Shown: positions 25,392 to 39,141 of the stretch, in pieces
Layout of the letters: each line of letters begins with the position of its first letter
How positions within the stretch are numbered: position 1 is the stretch's first letter
DNA from: Octopus vulgaris
Taxonomy: Eukaryota
Assembly (NCBI GenBank): GCA_951406725.2
Contig: OX597825.1
Span: 41,602,001 to 41,666,000, forward strand
DNA length: 64,000 nt
Direction of reading: 5' to 3'
The notes under the pieces: generated by a model
The model's database searches: none
What the model saw: only the letters and a program-made list of their open reading frames with translations
Told to the model about the DNA's origin: nothing
Made by a program: the position numbers and the translations under genes

Positions 25392-27966
25392 GTTTAGCAT
25401 CCACTTTCCATGCTGGCATGGGTTGGACGGTGCAACTGGGGTCTGGGAAGCCAGAAGGCTGCACCAGGCCCAGTCTGATCTGGCAATGTTTCTATGGCTG
25501 GATGCCCTTCCTAATGCCAACCACTCCATGTGTGTCGTGGGTGCTTTTTACGTGCCAGACGAGTCTGGCAAATGTCCACGATCAAATGGTGTTTTTTACG
25601 TGCCACCAGCACGGAGGCCAGGTGAGGCTGGCAACGGCCATGATTGGATGGTGCTTTTTACGTGCCACCGGCACGGAAGCCAGTCGGGGCGTCGCTGGCA
25701 CGGCCACGTTTGGATGGTTCTCTTATGTGCCACCAGCACTGGTATCACAGCTACAATTTCCATTGATGTTGATCGATTTCGCTTTTGATTTCACTTGCAT
25801 CAACAGGTCTTCGCAAGTAGGGTTTTGTGTCCCAAGAAGGAAAGGTATGCATAGGTGGACTGAGGCCATGTGTTATGGTCTCACTTGTCCTGCCGAGTCT
25901 TCTCATACACAGCATACTTCCAAAGGTCTCGGTCTCTAGACATTTCCTCGGTGAGACCTAAAGTTCGAAGGTCGTGCTTCACCACCTCGTCCCAGGTTTT
26001 CCTGGGTCTGCCTCTTCCACAGGTTCCCTCAACCACTAGGGTGTGGCACTTTTTCACACAACTATCTTCATCCATTCTCGCCACATGACCATACCAGCAC
26101 AAACGTCTCTCTTGCACACCACAACTGATGCTTCTTAGGTCCAACTTACCTCGCAAGGTACTTACACTCTGTTGAGTATGAACACTGACATTACACATCC
26201 ATCAGAGCATACTGGCTTCATTTCTTGCGAGTTTACACATATCCTCAGCAGTCACAGCCTATGTTTCACTGCCATGTAGCATGGCTGTTCGTATACATGC
26301 GTCATACAGTCTGCCTTTTACTCTGAGCGAGAGGCCTTTTATCCCTAGCAGAGGTAAGAGCTCTCTGAACTTTGCCCAGGCTATTCTTACTCTAGCAGTT
26401 ACACTTTCAACACACCCGCCCCCGCTACTGACTTGGTCACCTAGGTAATGGAAGCTATCAACTACTTCTAGTTTTTCTCCCTGGAATGTGGTGGAGGTTG
26501 CTCTCTGCGCATTTTCAGTGTTTATTGCTCCTGAGCATCTGCCACATACAAAATTATCTTCCTAGTTAGCTTTTCCTTGACGTTGCTGCACCTTTTATGT
26601 GTCCATAGCTTACACTTGGTGCATCTTATTGAGTTTCTACCTATGCCTTTTCTACTGATCGAGCAGGGCCATCTACCTGAAGGGATTTGTGGTTTGTCTG
26701 CCTTTCTACTAATTAGGACTTTGGTTTTAGCTAGGTTGACTCTAAGGCCCTTCGATTCTAATCCTTGCTTCCACACCTGAAACTTCTCCTCCAGTTTTGA
26801 TAGTGACTCAGCAATTAGAGCAAGGTCATCAGCGTAGAGGTGGTCCCAGGGGCATCCTGTCTTGAATTCCTCCGTTATTGCCTGGAGGACTATGATAAAT
26901 AGGAGGGGGCTGAGGACTGAACCCTGGTGGACCCCTACCTCTACCCAGATTTCTTCACTGTACTCGTTGCCAACCCTCACCTTACTAGCAGCGTCCCTGT
27001 ACATGGCTTGCACAGCTCTCACTAACCATTCATCTATCCCTAGTTTCGTCATTGACTACCAGATAAGGGATCAGGAGACCCTGTCGAAGGCTTTCTCCAT
27101 GACAACGAAATCCAGGTACAGGGGCTTATCTTTGGCTAGATATTTCTCATGCAGCTGTCTTACCAGGAATATGGCATCAGTGGTGCTTTTCCCTGGCACG
27201 AACCCAAACTGCATCTCATCTAAACTAACTCTCTCTCTAATTAATTAGTTACCCTCTCCGTAACCTTCATTACCTGATCCAACAGCTTGATACCTCTGTA
27301 ATTATTTGTATCAAGGGCATCACTTTTACCTTTGTAGCAGTTGACTAGTATGCTGCTACACCAGTCATTGGGTATGACTCCTTCGTGTATCACCTGGTTA
27401 ACTATACGGGTGACTAGGCTATAGCCAACACTACCAGATATTTTGAGCATCTCTGCAGTAATTCCTGATAGGCCAAGGGCTTTCCCTGTCTTCATACTCT
27501 TAATTGCCTTAACTACCAAGGAACTGCCAACTCGGATAGCTGGTCTCTCTGTTGGGTCGACATTCTGCAGACTCTCTTTATCCCATTCATTTTCTTTATT
27601 CGGCAACCTTTCATAGTGGCATCTCCAAACCTCTCTCTTTGCATCCTTATTTAGCACAAGTGAACCATCATCCATGCAAACACATTTCTCTCCTACCACA
27701 TCATGATTCTCTCTCACACACTGTCTCGCAACGCGAAATACCTCAAGTTTTTAGTCCTCACGGCGCAGAACATTGGTAAATTTTTTCTCTGCTTCCCCTC
27801 TGGCTAAATAAACCTGTCTCCTAGCTTCTCTTTTGGCAGTCTGATACAATTCCCTACTACCCCCATTCTTCCAGTCCTTCCAAGCCTGTCTCTTTTCTCT
27901 AATAGCCCTGTCTACAACATTGTTCTACCACCACGTTATTTTAGGTCGAGAGGGGACTTTGCACCA
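25358..27966 (-). mobile_element. 5'-truncated RTE LINE (RT, PHD-like finger, 3' UTR, (GAT)n tail), disrupted
   Basis: NYRGIKLL, QFGFVPG, GVHQGSVLSPLLF, LYADD, GRGRPRKTW; (CAT)n at 25358-25391. Confidence 0.95.
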
Positions 27967-27983
27967 TATATATATACATATAT

Positions 27984-28310
27984 ATGTAAGGTATACTAGC
28001 CATCTCAATATGGCTAACCACTAAGGTTAAGTGTTACTGTAGCTTGTAGCCCCAAGAGAACATCGTCTCCAGCTGGCTTTAGGCACACTTTCTGTGACCT
28101 TATGGTATTTGCAAAGGGAGGTCATCCCTCTCTTTGCAAATACCATAAGGGCACAGAAAGTGTGCCTAAAGCCAGCTGGAGACGATGTTCTCCTGGGGCT
28201 ACAAGCTACAGTAACACCCACCCTTAGTGGTTAGGCATATTGAGATGGCTAGTATACCTCACATTGTCGTGCAATTACTGTTTACATCTCGTTCAGAGAT
28301 TTATTATTGC
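27984..28310. mobile_element. Palindromic/fold-back repeat, copy 2 (~280-bp hairpin)
   Basis: 27984-28121 is the near-perfect reverse complement of 28127-28264 with a 5-nt loop; 28265-28310 matches 4403-4448 inverted. Confidence 0.9.
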
Positions 28311-28809
28311 TTATATATATATATATATACTTGTCATACTGAGATATAAACTTCCATCTTACTCTATACTATGAAACAAATATACGGCCAGACAAATATT
28401 CATAATGCAACAATATTGCTCCTGTGCTACTGTGTGTAAAATGAGGTGGATGAAAATATATAAAAAAATGCTGCTAATGTGGTGGAAAACTAGCTCAAGA
28501 AGGCAGGGATGCTATTCCTTGAGACCTCTTTCGGACCCCACTTATCTATATAATCATATGATAAAATACAGCTACCCAAGGTTTCCTTGTTGAAATGATA
28601 ACTTATTCCACCATTTATCATGCTGAAAAGAAGACTGTCAATTGCCTTTTGAGCAGATAATGTTAGATAAAGAAGACAAGATAGGTAGATAAATAGATAA
28701 ACAGAGAGTTAGATAGATTGATAGAAAGACATACAGCTAGCTAGATGGATGGATGGATGAATGGATAGACAGATAGACAGACAGACTGACTGATAGTTTA
28801 GCCTATATA

Positions 28810-31800
28810 TGACATGTGACCTGGAGCAATCCTTGTTGTTGGGTGTTAAAGCTCACTGCAGGTCACATGCCATATGTCAACTCGCACCAAACGCTAAGTT
28901 CTGTTGTCAAAGCAAGTGTTATTGTTGCACAACAATGCACATCTGCAAATTTTGTGACTACATTTCAAACTTCCCTTATAGTGAACTACCACAACCTAAA
29001 CCTAAACCCAATACCAGTAAAAGGAAAGAAAAATCATCTACGAGTTACTAAACAAACATGACATCACAATCAAGGAATCAGATAAGGGTAGTACTGTCAT
29101 AATTATGTACATTGAACAATACAATATCTCTTATCTCACCTCTTACAAGATACTACCTACTATGAATAAGTAGTCCACTACCAACAATCAAAAACAATTT
29201 CCAAATTAAACACACTCATTTGCCTAGACTCATGTGGCTAGAAAATTACCCCAATGAGGTCCAGGAAAGAATAAAAAAAGAATTTATTATCAAGGGCCTT
29301 AAGTTTATCCTCCAAAACAATTTTTAACTTTTAACTACAGACAGCAATCAGGGATTGCAATGGGTGCTAAATTTGCCCCAACTTATGCCAACCTGGTGAT
29401 GGCCTACGTAGAATTACAAATCTAGGAACAATCCAAATCAAAATACGGCCTGTCATTCCACAAATATCTGTTGGAGAATTGGAAACGCTACTTGGATGAC
29501 TGCCTCATCCTATGGTCTTACACACTCGACCAACTTAATGAATTCAAAAATTTAATCAACAGGGTCAACAACCATATCCAGTTTACAATGGAATATACTC
29601 AAGACCAAATTCCATTTCTTGACATAATTATTATAAAAAAGGCACCAACATTGAAAAGATATCCACTACCAGCCTGCTGATTCCAAACAATATCTCCTGT
29701 TCACCTCCAATCACCTGAAGCACACGAAAGCAAACATCTTCAATCTAGCGAGAATAATCTCTCAAGTGTCTCAAATTATAGAATGTGAAATAAAAGACTA
29801 AGAACTAAAGGCAATTCTCGAAAGACAGTACCCAGCATCATTAGTTGACAATGGAATAGAACAGGCCAAGACAATCAATATCCAAGACTTACGAAAACCG
29901 AAACACATTCAAGGTACATTAGATAGTCTTACATATCTCTCAACACACAATCCAAGATATACAGACTTTTACACGATTATATACTAGAACATCCCATTAC
30001 TGAGTCAAGACCCACATCTAAAAAAAGCACTCAAAACCCATAGAATAATAAAAAGCAAGAGACAACCCAAATCCCTACAAAGCTTACTCACCAATTCCAA
30101 CACAAGACCAACACCCACCGTCAAAAAACGTAGTCGATCTAACTGCAGGACTTGTATCTACCTCACTGAAGGAACAATTTACAAATTCCAGTCAGGATAC
30201 ACATTTGTCGTAAAAAGTGACTTCACCTGCACATCAAAAAATTTACTTTATGCCATTAGGTGTGAATGGTGCCACAAAGACTACATAGGGCAAACTAGAT
30301 TTACCCTCAGAGATGGGATGACAGTCCACTGCCAACAATTGAGGGACCCCACCACAAGACAGATACCACTTAGATCTCTGTGCACAAAGCAAGTCCCCCA
30401 AATTCCTAGTTTTCCCACTCTACCAATGCCCAGACAACACCACTGATCAAACACGAATAAATAAGGAAAATATACTTATTCAAAAATACAGACCACAACT
30501 CAACATACTCTAACATACCCTCAGGTACACATCCACATTAAACACGCACAAATGTACAAACACGCACACAAATACAATGCAAAACTCCACATAAACACAC
30601 ACATGCACACACTTTCAAATGCAATATCCCTACACTCGAGCAGAAACCCACACACGTTCCAAGAAAAAACACATACATATATACACATGCTATACGATTC
30701 TAGCAATCATAACCAACACTCAGAGACAGACACACACATACGTAAACACGTACATGCACACACCTACACACACCACCCTGACAATTACAAGACACACTCA
30801 CACAAACACACCCACACATAGACAGATACACATACAAACACGCAAATACAACACAACCTCCACGCATATATACACGCATATGTACACACATACAAACACA
30901 ATATGCCCGTTCCCCAGTAAAAAATCACACAGACACACTCAAAGAAAAAAGATACACATATATACACGCAATACAATCCTAACAATCACAACAAACACTG
31001 ACAGACGCACAGATATACACACGTATACACACACACAAGCATGCGCACACACAATAATACACACCACCCTGACAAATATGGACACATGGACACACTAACA
31101 CAAACACACCCACTTCACCACAACAAATATAGCACACACACACCCGGAAACTATATAAACCACACCCACAGACAGACACACACACACACAAACGCATACC
31201 CAGTACAAGCATGCACATACGTACACGCACACACACACTCACCACCCGGATAAACGTAACACACACGGGCACACACAGAACCTCTGACAAATACAACACA
31301 CCCACACACACATACATATGTACCCTCACACACACATACGATTGCATAAACATCACCCAGACAATTATAACACCACAAACATACTCAGAGACACACACAT
31401 ACACACACACACAAACGCGCACACATATACACGCACCATCCTGCTAAATATAAAACACACACATACACAGACCCATGCACACACTACACTGAACTCTAAG
31501 ACCAATCAAAAACAACCCCCACAAACACAAGCATATACACACACACACATAGAAACGTGCACAGAGACACACACATACACCATTTTGAACTTTAAGACCA
31601 ATTTCAAAAACCACTGAACCATGACAGACTAACCCAGAAGCCAAAAAATCCTTTTGATTCCACAGTGCTCTCCCCCACCAACCAGCCTCCCATGCTATCT
31701 CTAAAAATAGGAAATATTTCTTATATACACACTACAAGACAGAAGATGATGGATGGAAAGTTTGGTCATTCCCTTAAAATTCTGTGTAAATATACTTCTA

Positions 31801-32100
31801 TACAACCATGATATTTGATGAACTTAAATAATTATGAATTCATTTTACTACCTATTTTGAACACTTTCATGTAAACTGTTTAAGCAAAAAGCCCCACTTA
31901 ATATTTTCTTATCATTGTCAAAGACTGTATAATTGTATTTTAATACAATTATGATATCCACTTTTTAACACAACAAAGCTTGGCATGTTACTTTTGATAA
32001 TCTTTCTTTTAAAAAAGTGAAACCGGTCAAGTCAATAAACATCTTTAAAAGACCTCTACATTTTCAAACCCTCTTCCTATATATTTTTGCACGTGCAGTA
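28810..32100 (+). mobile_element. Decayed Penelope-like element (RT plus GIY-YIG) with CA-rich 3' region
   Basis: GIAMGAKFAPTYANL (~29351), WKRYLDDC, QFTME, IPFLDI, FTCTSKNLLYAIRCEWCHKDYIGQT (~30222); HHR-like motif at 31990-32032. Confidence 0.9.
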
Positions 32101-32189
32101 TCTTGCAACTTTACTTTGTTATACACACACACACACACATATATATATATGTATATATGTATATATATGTTTCTTATATATATATATAT

Positions 32190-32238
<49 letters not shown>

Positions 32239-32491
32239 GATGTGTGTGTGTGTGTATTGTCATCACCATCATCCTTTAATATCTGTTCTCCATGCTGACA
32301 TGAGTTTAACGGTTAGACCAGAGCTGGCAAACCAGAGAGCTGCACCAGTTCCAGTTTAATTTGGCTTCATTTCTATGGCTAGATGCCCTTCCTGATACCA
32401 ACCACTTTTCAGAGTGTACTGGGTGCTTTTAATATGGTACGATCACAATGTGACACTGGCATAAATATATACATACATACATATATATCTA

Positions 32492-32538
<47 letters not shown>

Positions 32539-32554
32539 ATATATATATATATAT

Positions 32555-32663
<109 letters not shown>

Positions 32664-35454
32664 GGAATATATATGCAGGCACACAACCATATGAAATATT
32701 TTCATGTACAAAATTCTGCTGACAAGGTGTTGGCCAACCAGAGAATATAGTAGAAAAAAATGTGCCTAAGTTGGCACACAATGGGATTAAATCAATTAGC
32801 AGTTATTAAGTGAATCAATTAGCAGTTATTAAGTGAGCTTCTTAATGACACAAGCATGCCTGCACTATATTACTGTTTCTTCTTAGCAAGTTATGTTTCC
32901 CAACTCTGTTTTAATTCTTTATAGCCTTTAAGAAAGATTAAACCATCATAAGTCCCCTAACCATTCCAGATTTATGGTGTATTTCCTAGCAAGTTTATTT
33001 CTCTCTCTAACATTTCTTCAAATCAATATTATATAAGACTTAAGAGCAATGAAGTTGAAATAGAAGAACACCAGAATAAATCCCTTGCATTCAAAAGTTT
33101 GTGATCAAATTCCTTTAGGTCTGACATTCATGTTACCCTTGTGGATCAAAATATGTTCCAATTTTATACAGAGATAGTAATATCATACACTTCTTGCTTT
33201 GTAAACTGTGACCTTTTGTCAAATCAAAAGAAGCCAATATATTTTCATACTTAAATTACTCGAGCTAACCTAGTCACTGAATAACTATAGGGTGGCCTCA
33301 TAAAGAACTAAAGATGCTCATTGAGATTCAAGTATTATTACATTGTATCAAAATCTTTATATAAAATCTATCTTTCCCTTATCAGACTTCCCATATTTGA
33401 AACTTTGAATTAATATTCATTCACCATTCTATATTGTAAAAATAGAATAAAGAAAATGTTCTAGAAATGTTACTTGCTTTTGTAGGAATCAACATGAAAA
33501 TGACAGACCTAGTAGGAAGATTGAAGTTATTCTCTGAATATCTTTCTAATGAATGCGGAAGTAAGTCATTAGTTTCAGGTTCTTTCACAGACAATGAAAA
33601 TAGTTCAGCACTATGAATTTGGCAATTGCTTCAAACATCTGGTTTCCATTCACAACTTTGTCCTTAGAAGAGAAAGATTGTATGACAATCGAACAACACA
33701 TTTATATTATTTTCAGTATAACACCTCTTAGTGTCTAATAGTCTCCTTTCATGAGAGCTGATTCTTGTAAACAGTTTACTGTCAAGGCCTGCCAGATAAA
33801 AACTACACTCAATACACAACAAGTGATGTAAAGCAAAAGGAAATATATCTAAAAGAAGAAAGTAAACCTTTTCAGACAGTTTTTATATTATACACACACA
33901 CGTGAGTATGTATGTGTGTGTGTGTTCTTAAAAAAATTGATTTTTCCTTTATATGTTTGCTTTATTTATATTTCAAGAAGTCATGATACACTTTGGTTTA
34001 GATTCATAAGTTTATATCATGCAACTGAAATCGTGATAAGATAAACTGTTAGCTGGGCAAGTCAATTTAATAACCTCTGCTTTCATTTATTGATAACAGA
34101 GATAACAATAAAAGGAAAGAAATGGTTTAATACTGGAGTGCTCAACTATTCCATTTTATTTTATGGGATTAACTGCAGGATAAAATTAAATTTATAAAAA
34201 AAATTATTGCACTTCACATGAAATTTTAATTTTAAATCATGTTTTAATAGCAGGTTCACATCAGGTACACTATTTAGTCATAGAACATTTATAAATTCCA
34301 TAGTATATCTAATTAATTCTATATAATTTTGTTTGTTTTAAAGCAGTTTTGGGGTTGTAACTCCTAGAGAGAACGTGTAAATTTGACAATTGGAGGATCA
34401 TGATTTTGATGAAATCTCATTCAGCTTTGCTACAATTGCAATCACATTTGCTATCCACTTATATCATTTATATATCTAAATAATCATTGAAACAATCATC
34501 TTAGATAAATGTGGCAATAAATGTATGAGTAAATTACATAACATCATTAGAGAGAATATAAATGAATTAATTAATTCTATGTAAAAATGTATATAGAAGT
34601 AATTCATTCTATGTAATAATGAATTAAGAAACTCTAGGGAAAGCTGAAAAGCAAAACTTGTTGTATAATAATTTCTAAAAGGCTCTGACTTGAAACTGCT
34701 ATTAGTTTGGTATCTGATCCATTTGTTCTCTCCATAGATGCTTTACTTCTACTTTATATGTTAGCAATAGTATGACCATTTAGCATGCATGCAACACACA
34801 TAAGCATTGTCCTTTGAAATGATATTATGTTTTCATTCAGTAAGTCTATAGAATTTGATGAATGACTTTTTGTTAGGGGTTAACCATTTGAGAGTACACA
34901 GCTTCTGATTGATATCTTACTTGTGATTCATATGATGATTACAGTAAACTTATTCTACTCTATTCCTCATCGATCTCTATATGTCAGATATTATTTTAAA
35001 AACCCAACAGTGCTGTTAGTAAGTTGAGTAGTACTTTTTGCATGAATTAGGTTCAGTTGATTCAATTTGCTTTGTTGATGTGGTTTGTGTTGTTTGTTCC
35101 TTAAAACCAGGGAAGATATAGTATAAATATTAGTTGTATTAGTAACTGGTAAAACTTCCTCTTAAAAATGGTGATATTGAATATTTATCTTTTTCTTACA
35201 AAATACTACAGTCCATCACCCACATTAAATGCTGCCAAGAACATAATGATTATCATTTATTGAGGATGGTGAATGAGCAGATTTGTTTGAGCAGTGTCTG
35301 TTCCAAGTGTTTACATTCTGAGTTCAAATCTTATCAAAATCAAATTTACATTTCATCATTAACATAAAATACTAATCTAGCTCTGAGAGCAATATAATCG
35401 ACTTGCCCCATCGACTCAAAATTGCTGACATTGTTCCAAATTTAGAAAGAATTA

Positions 35455-36470
35455 TTATTACCTCCGCCTTAGCGAAGGCAGAAGTATTGTTTTTCAGTCG
35501 TGTTTGTTTGTTTGTTTGTCCATGGACAAGATATCTCAAGAACCGTGCGATGGATTTGGATGAAACTTTCAGAGATGTTTGGCCTCATGACTGGCACAAA
35601 CTGATTAAATTTTGGGATTAATCTGGTACCAGACAAGGAGGAAGTATTACGATTTTACGTTCACTTTCAAGTCTTTCTCTGATTATCTCCCTTGAAAGTA
35701 CACTCATGATTTCCACGTAAGTTATGGCAGCATTGCTATTTCCAAAGTTTTATTTTCATTTCTCTATTATTAATTTTACTTGTGCCTCTATCTTAGTAGA
35801 AACTGATGGATAAAGAAATCAAACTACATAAACAAATGACAGCAAAACCGTCCAGAAATTAAATAATACTAACATATTCAGTAATGATAATAAATTTAAT
35901 CTATCCTCAACAACTTTTAGTTCTACCAAATTTTAATATATCGCTCCTGTTTAAAACCTCTTACCTACTTGACAATTACATTTCTAGTTCTACATTGAAG
36001 GAAGTTTTACTTCATCGACTCACATTTTTGTGTGCAATGATGTTGTTAAACCACTGTTAACAGCACCGTATGTTTGTCCTTTCCATTTTCCTTCATGCAC
36101 GGATAAATTTTTCACTATAGACTTTAATGGTTGTAAAGGCACTATATCAGTGGATAGACTAAAAAACGTCTTCATAGAGAAAACTGTCCCTGTTCCTACT
36201 GACAACACACACACAGCATTACATACACAGCCCACACACTCACCTTCACATTCCATGACTGCTATTGGGATCGATCAGGTACAAGACAAGGATTCTGAAT
36301 TATTTTTCAGGTTTTTGTTTTAGAGTGGCCAGGTTCATTTTTAGTCCTCTCGTTTGTGAGAACAGTCAAGTTTATTTCAGATATTCTCATTTTAAAAATC
36401 ATCTCTGGTTGTCAGTGAGAGGACGTTGGTGTTGCCTTGGTGGAGTTTTGTGCTCTCTAAATGCTCTTGT
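35455..36470 (+). mobile_element. Helentron-associated (HINE/DINE-1-like) non-autonomous element with internal insert
   Basis: 5' 'attacctccgccttagcgaaggcagaagtattg' hairpin, (GTTT)n, 'tggatgaaacttt', 3' 'ggtggagttttgtgctctctaaatgctcttgtt'. Confidence 0.6.
36010..36200 (+). mobile_element. Gypsy integrase C-terminal (GPY/F-type) fragment
   Basis: THIFVCNDVVKPLLTAPYVCPF...DKFFTIDFNGCKGTISVDRLK. Confidence 0.75.
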
Positions 36471-36539
36471 TATCATTATTATCATTATTATTAGTGTTAT
36501 GGGAGTTGTTGTTGTTGTTGTTATGCAATAACTGATATG

Positions 36540-36870
36540 CCAACTGAATTAGCTGGGATTTGTCCTGATGTTTACTGATGACATGTCTCCTCAAATCTCA
36601 AGAATCTTTCTTAGAATTCTTGCAGAGTACAAGGTGTCACTTTCTGAAGGTCAACAGTATAGTTCTTAAATTCAATATCCTTCAGCTTCTTAGACAGCCA
36701 TTTGAGTGTTGTGCTAAGTGCACCAATTGTCACAGGAACAATTACCATACTTGTGTTTAATAATCTTTCCATTTCTCAGGTTAGGTCCTGATATTTCTCA
36801 ATTTTCTTGATATATTTAATAGCTTACTCTACTATCACATGGCTTTGCAAAGTTTATGGTTTTTCATCTT
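36540..36870 (-). mobile_element. R4/Dong-like RLE 3' fragment
   Basis: Minus strand KIEKYQDL..., IVPVTIGALS..., TLYSARILRKIL. Confidence 0.6.
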
Positions 36871-36889
36871 TCTCCTCCACTTTTTATTG

Positions 36890-36929
<40 letters not shown>

Positions 36930-36932
<3 letters not shown>

Positions 36933-37150
36933 GGCAGCAAGCTGAGTGAATTGTTAGCTCATCAGGCGAAATGCTTAGTGGTATTTCATCTGTCACTACA
37001 TTCTGAGTTCACATCCTGTTGAGGTCAACTTTGCCTTTCATCCTTCCAGGAATCAATAAATTAAGTCCCAGCTGAGTACTGGGGTTGATACAATTGCCTT
37101 ATCCCCTCCTACAAAATTTCAGGTCTTTTGCCTTTAGTAGAAAGGATTGC
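36930..37150 (+). mobile_element. Nin/Deu-domain SINE, family B
   Basis: 'aaggcagcaagctg...ttctgagttcacatcc..gaggtcaactttgcctttcatccttcc...agaaaggatt'; preceded by (ATT)n. Confidence 0.8.
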
Positions 37151-37626
37151 TGTTGTTGTTAATATTAAGGTAGTGAGCTAGCAGAATCATTAGCATGCTT
37201 AATGGTATTTTGTCCATTCTGAGTTTAAATTCAATATTTTTGTCATCTTTACCACATTCTCTAACAAGATTTCCAGTATAAGTGATGGGGATGAGATTGG
37301 GTGTTCGCATCACCAAAACACAATGTTTTCAACATTGATGATATAAATAAAGCAAAACAAAAATTTGACCAGTCATCTGAAACTTGATGAGAAAAAAAAG
37401 CATATTAAAAAATCATATTTATACTGTTATTCTACTGGCAAAAGAAGTAAACAAATGATTTTACCTCATCCTTAAATTCCTGCATATGATACCATTAGTC
37501 CAAACTGCAACTATAGGGTTAAGTGAAATGGAATAACAACATAGGAATGTTTAAATACCTAGTACTATTCTGAAGACAGAGGGAGCCAGTAGGCCTTCAA
37601 ACATCGATGGGAAACAAAAACTGTAA

Positions 37627-37779
37627 GCATTATTATTATTATTATTATTATCATCATCATCATCAATAGTAGTAGTGGTGGTGGTGGTAGTGGTGGTGGT
37701 GGTGGTGGTGGTGGTGGTGGTGATGGTGGTGGTAGTGGTGGTGGTGGTGGAGGTAGTAGTAGTAGTAGTAGTAGTAGTA
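37627..37779. repeat. Compound (ATT)n(CAT)n(GGT)n(AGT)n microsatellite
   Basis: Directly visible. Confidence 0.95.
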
Positions 37780-38005
37780 AGGCAGTGAGCAAGTAGAAAT
37801 GTTAATGCAAAAGACGAAATGATTAGCTGCATTTTATCTGTCTTTACATTCTGAGTTCAAATACCACCAAGGTCAACTTTGCTTTCCATCCTTTTGGGGT
37901 GAATACAATAAGTACCAGTTGATAACTGGGATCAATGTAATCAAGTAGCCCACCCCAAAAATTTCAGGCCTTGTGGCCTATAGCAGAAAGAATTATTATT
38001 ATTAT
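37779..38005 (+). mobile_element. Nin/Deu-domain SINE, family B
   Basis: Homologous to 36930-37150; ATT tail. Confidence 0.8.
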
Positions 38006-38399
38006 TTTCATACACACTCAAGAGATTAGACTGTTAGAAAAGAAAAGAATCCTAACATTGGGCTACAATAAGTAGCCTTAGATAAAAAGAACCTTTCTAT
38101 TGGCTTGCAGCAAGTAACCTTAGATGCCAAGAACCCTCCAAAGTATTCTAGCTGTCCATAATAACACTGTTTACTGGAGCTGTACTAAACTGGGTTTTTC
38201 TGTCTATTTCCACTATCCATCTGTTCAGCTGTTTGTCATCTGTTTTTCTCATCATCATCATCATTATGTTTTGGTTTTGTTTTTACCAGAGACATTAAAG
38301 AACAAGGTGCCAACAGGTGAAATGCCATGCAATTTCAAACTGATATCTGTGGGAGTAAAAAAAAAGAGTCACTAAGGCTACACTCATTTGGAGAAGAAT

Positions 38400-39141
38400 T
38401 TATGTAGAATATTTTAGGTACCCATAAGAATGGTCTTTTGTAATTCTGTTATTTTGGGGCTGTCAGGGATTTGGTCTACATTTTGTTTGCTCCTCTTGTT
38501 ATCATTCCAAGTGTCTGAATAATAATAGGTTATGTTGTTTTGAAATGTCACATTCTTCCAATTTCCATGTCCAGGACCCTTGCATTTGTTCAGTTTTGCA
38601 ACCATTTTCAGAGATGTGTTTTTGTCAACTGGGGTTGCAACATCGATCACAAGACAAATCTTTTCAATATAATTTCTCAAAATGAGATCATGTCAGTTTC
38701 CCTGCATTTCCCAATCAGTCTGAACACTGAAATTCTAAAGGATGATAACCTCAGCATTCTGGGTAATTTGTGCTGGCTTTTGTTCCCACTAATTGTTTCT
38801 GTGAGGGAGATTCTATGAGCAGCATATTGACCAGTGTATGTACTGAGCTGCCCAGTAAGTATTCTGTTGATGCTGTCTGCTGTACCCAGATATGTGGCAT
38901 GATGTGCTGTTTCATATTTCAGGATGTTACTCTGGCAGTTCCTAGCTTGAAGAGACTGGTACCGATCAGAAATGATCTACTCTTCAGTTTTGGGATTTGA
39001 AACCAGAGCATGGCAGCCATTGATGAGTAGGAGCTTCATCTACAGCAGGTTCTCTGATTCTAGTTGGGTATTTGTTATACAGTAGCATTTGCTCCCATTT
39101 CTACTTAATATATTATAGGTTGGTTTGTTTGGCTATGGTCT
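38400..39141 (-). mobile_element. R4/Dong-like RLE LINE 3' portion
   Basis: CLVIDVATPVDKNTSLK, DLDMEIGRM, ELQKTILMGT. Confidence 0.75.

Noticed and set aside
30521-31644. Long His/Thr- or Cys/Val-rich ORFs (also 5796, 7376, 47842-48134, 48714, 52877-53466)
   Set aside because: Translations of CA/TA/TACA/TCTA repeats that lack stop codons by composition.
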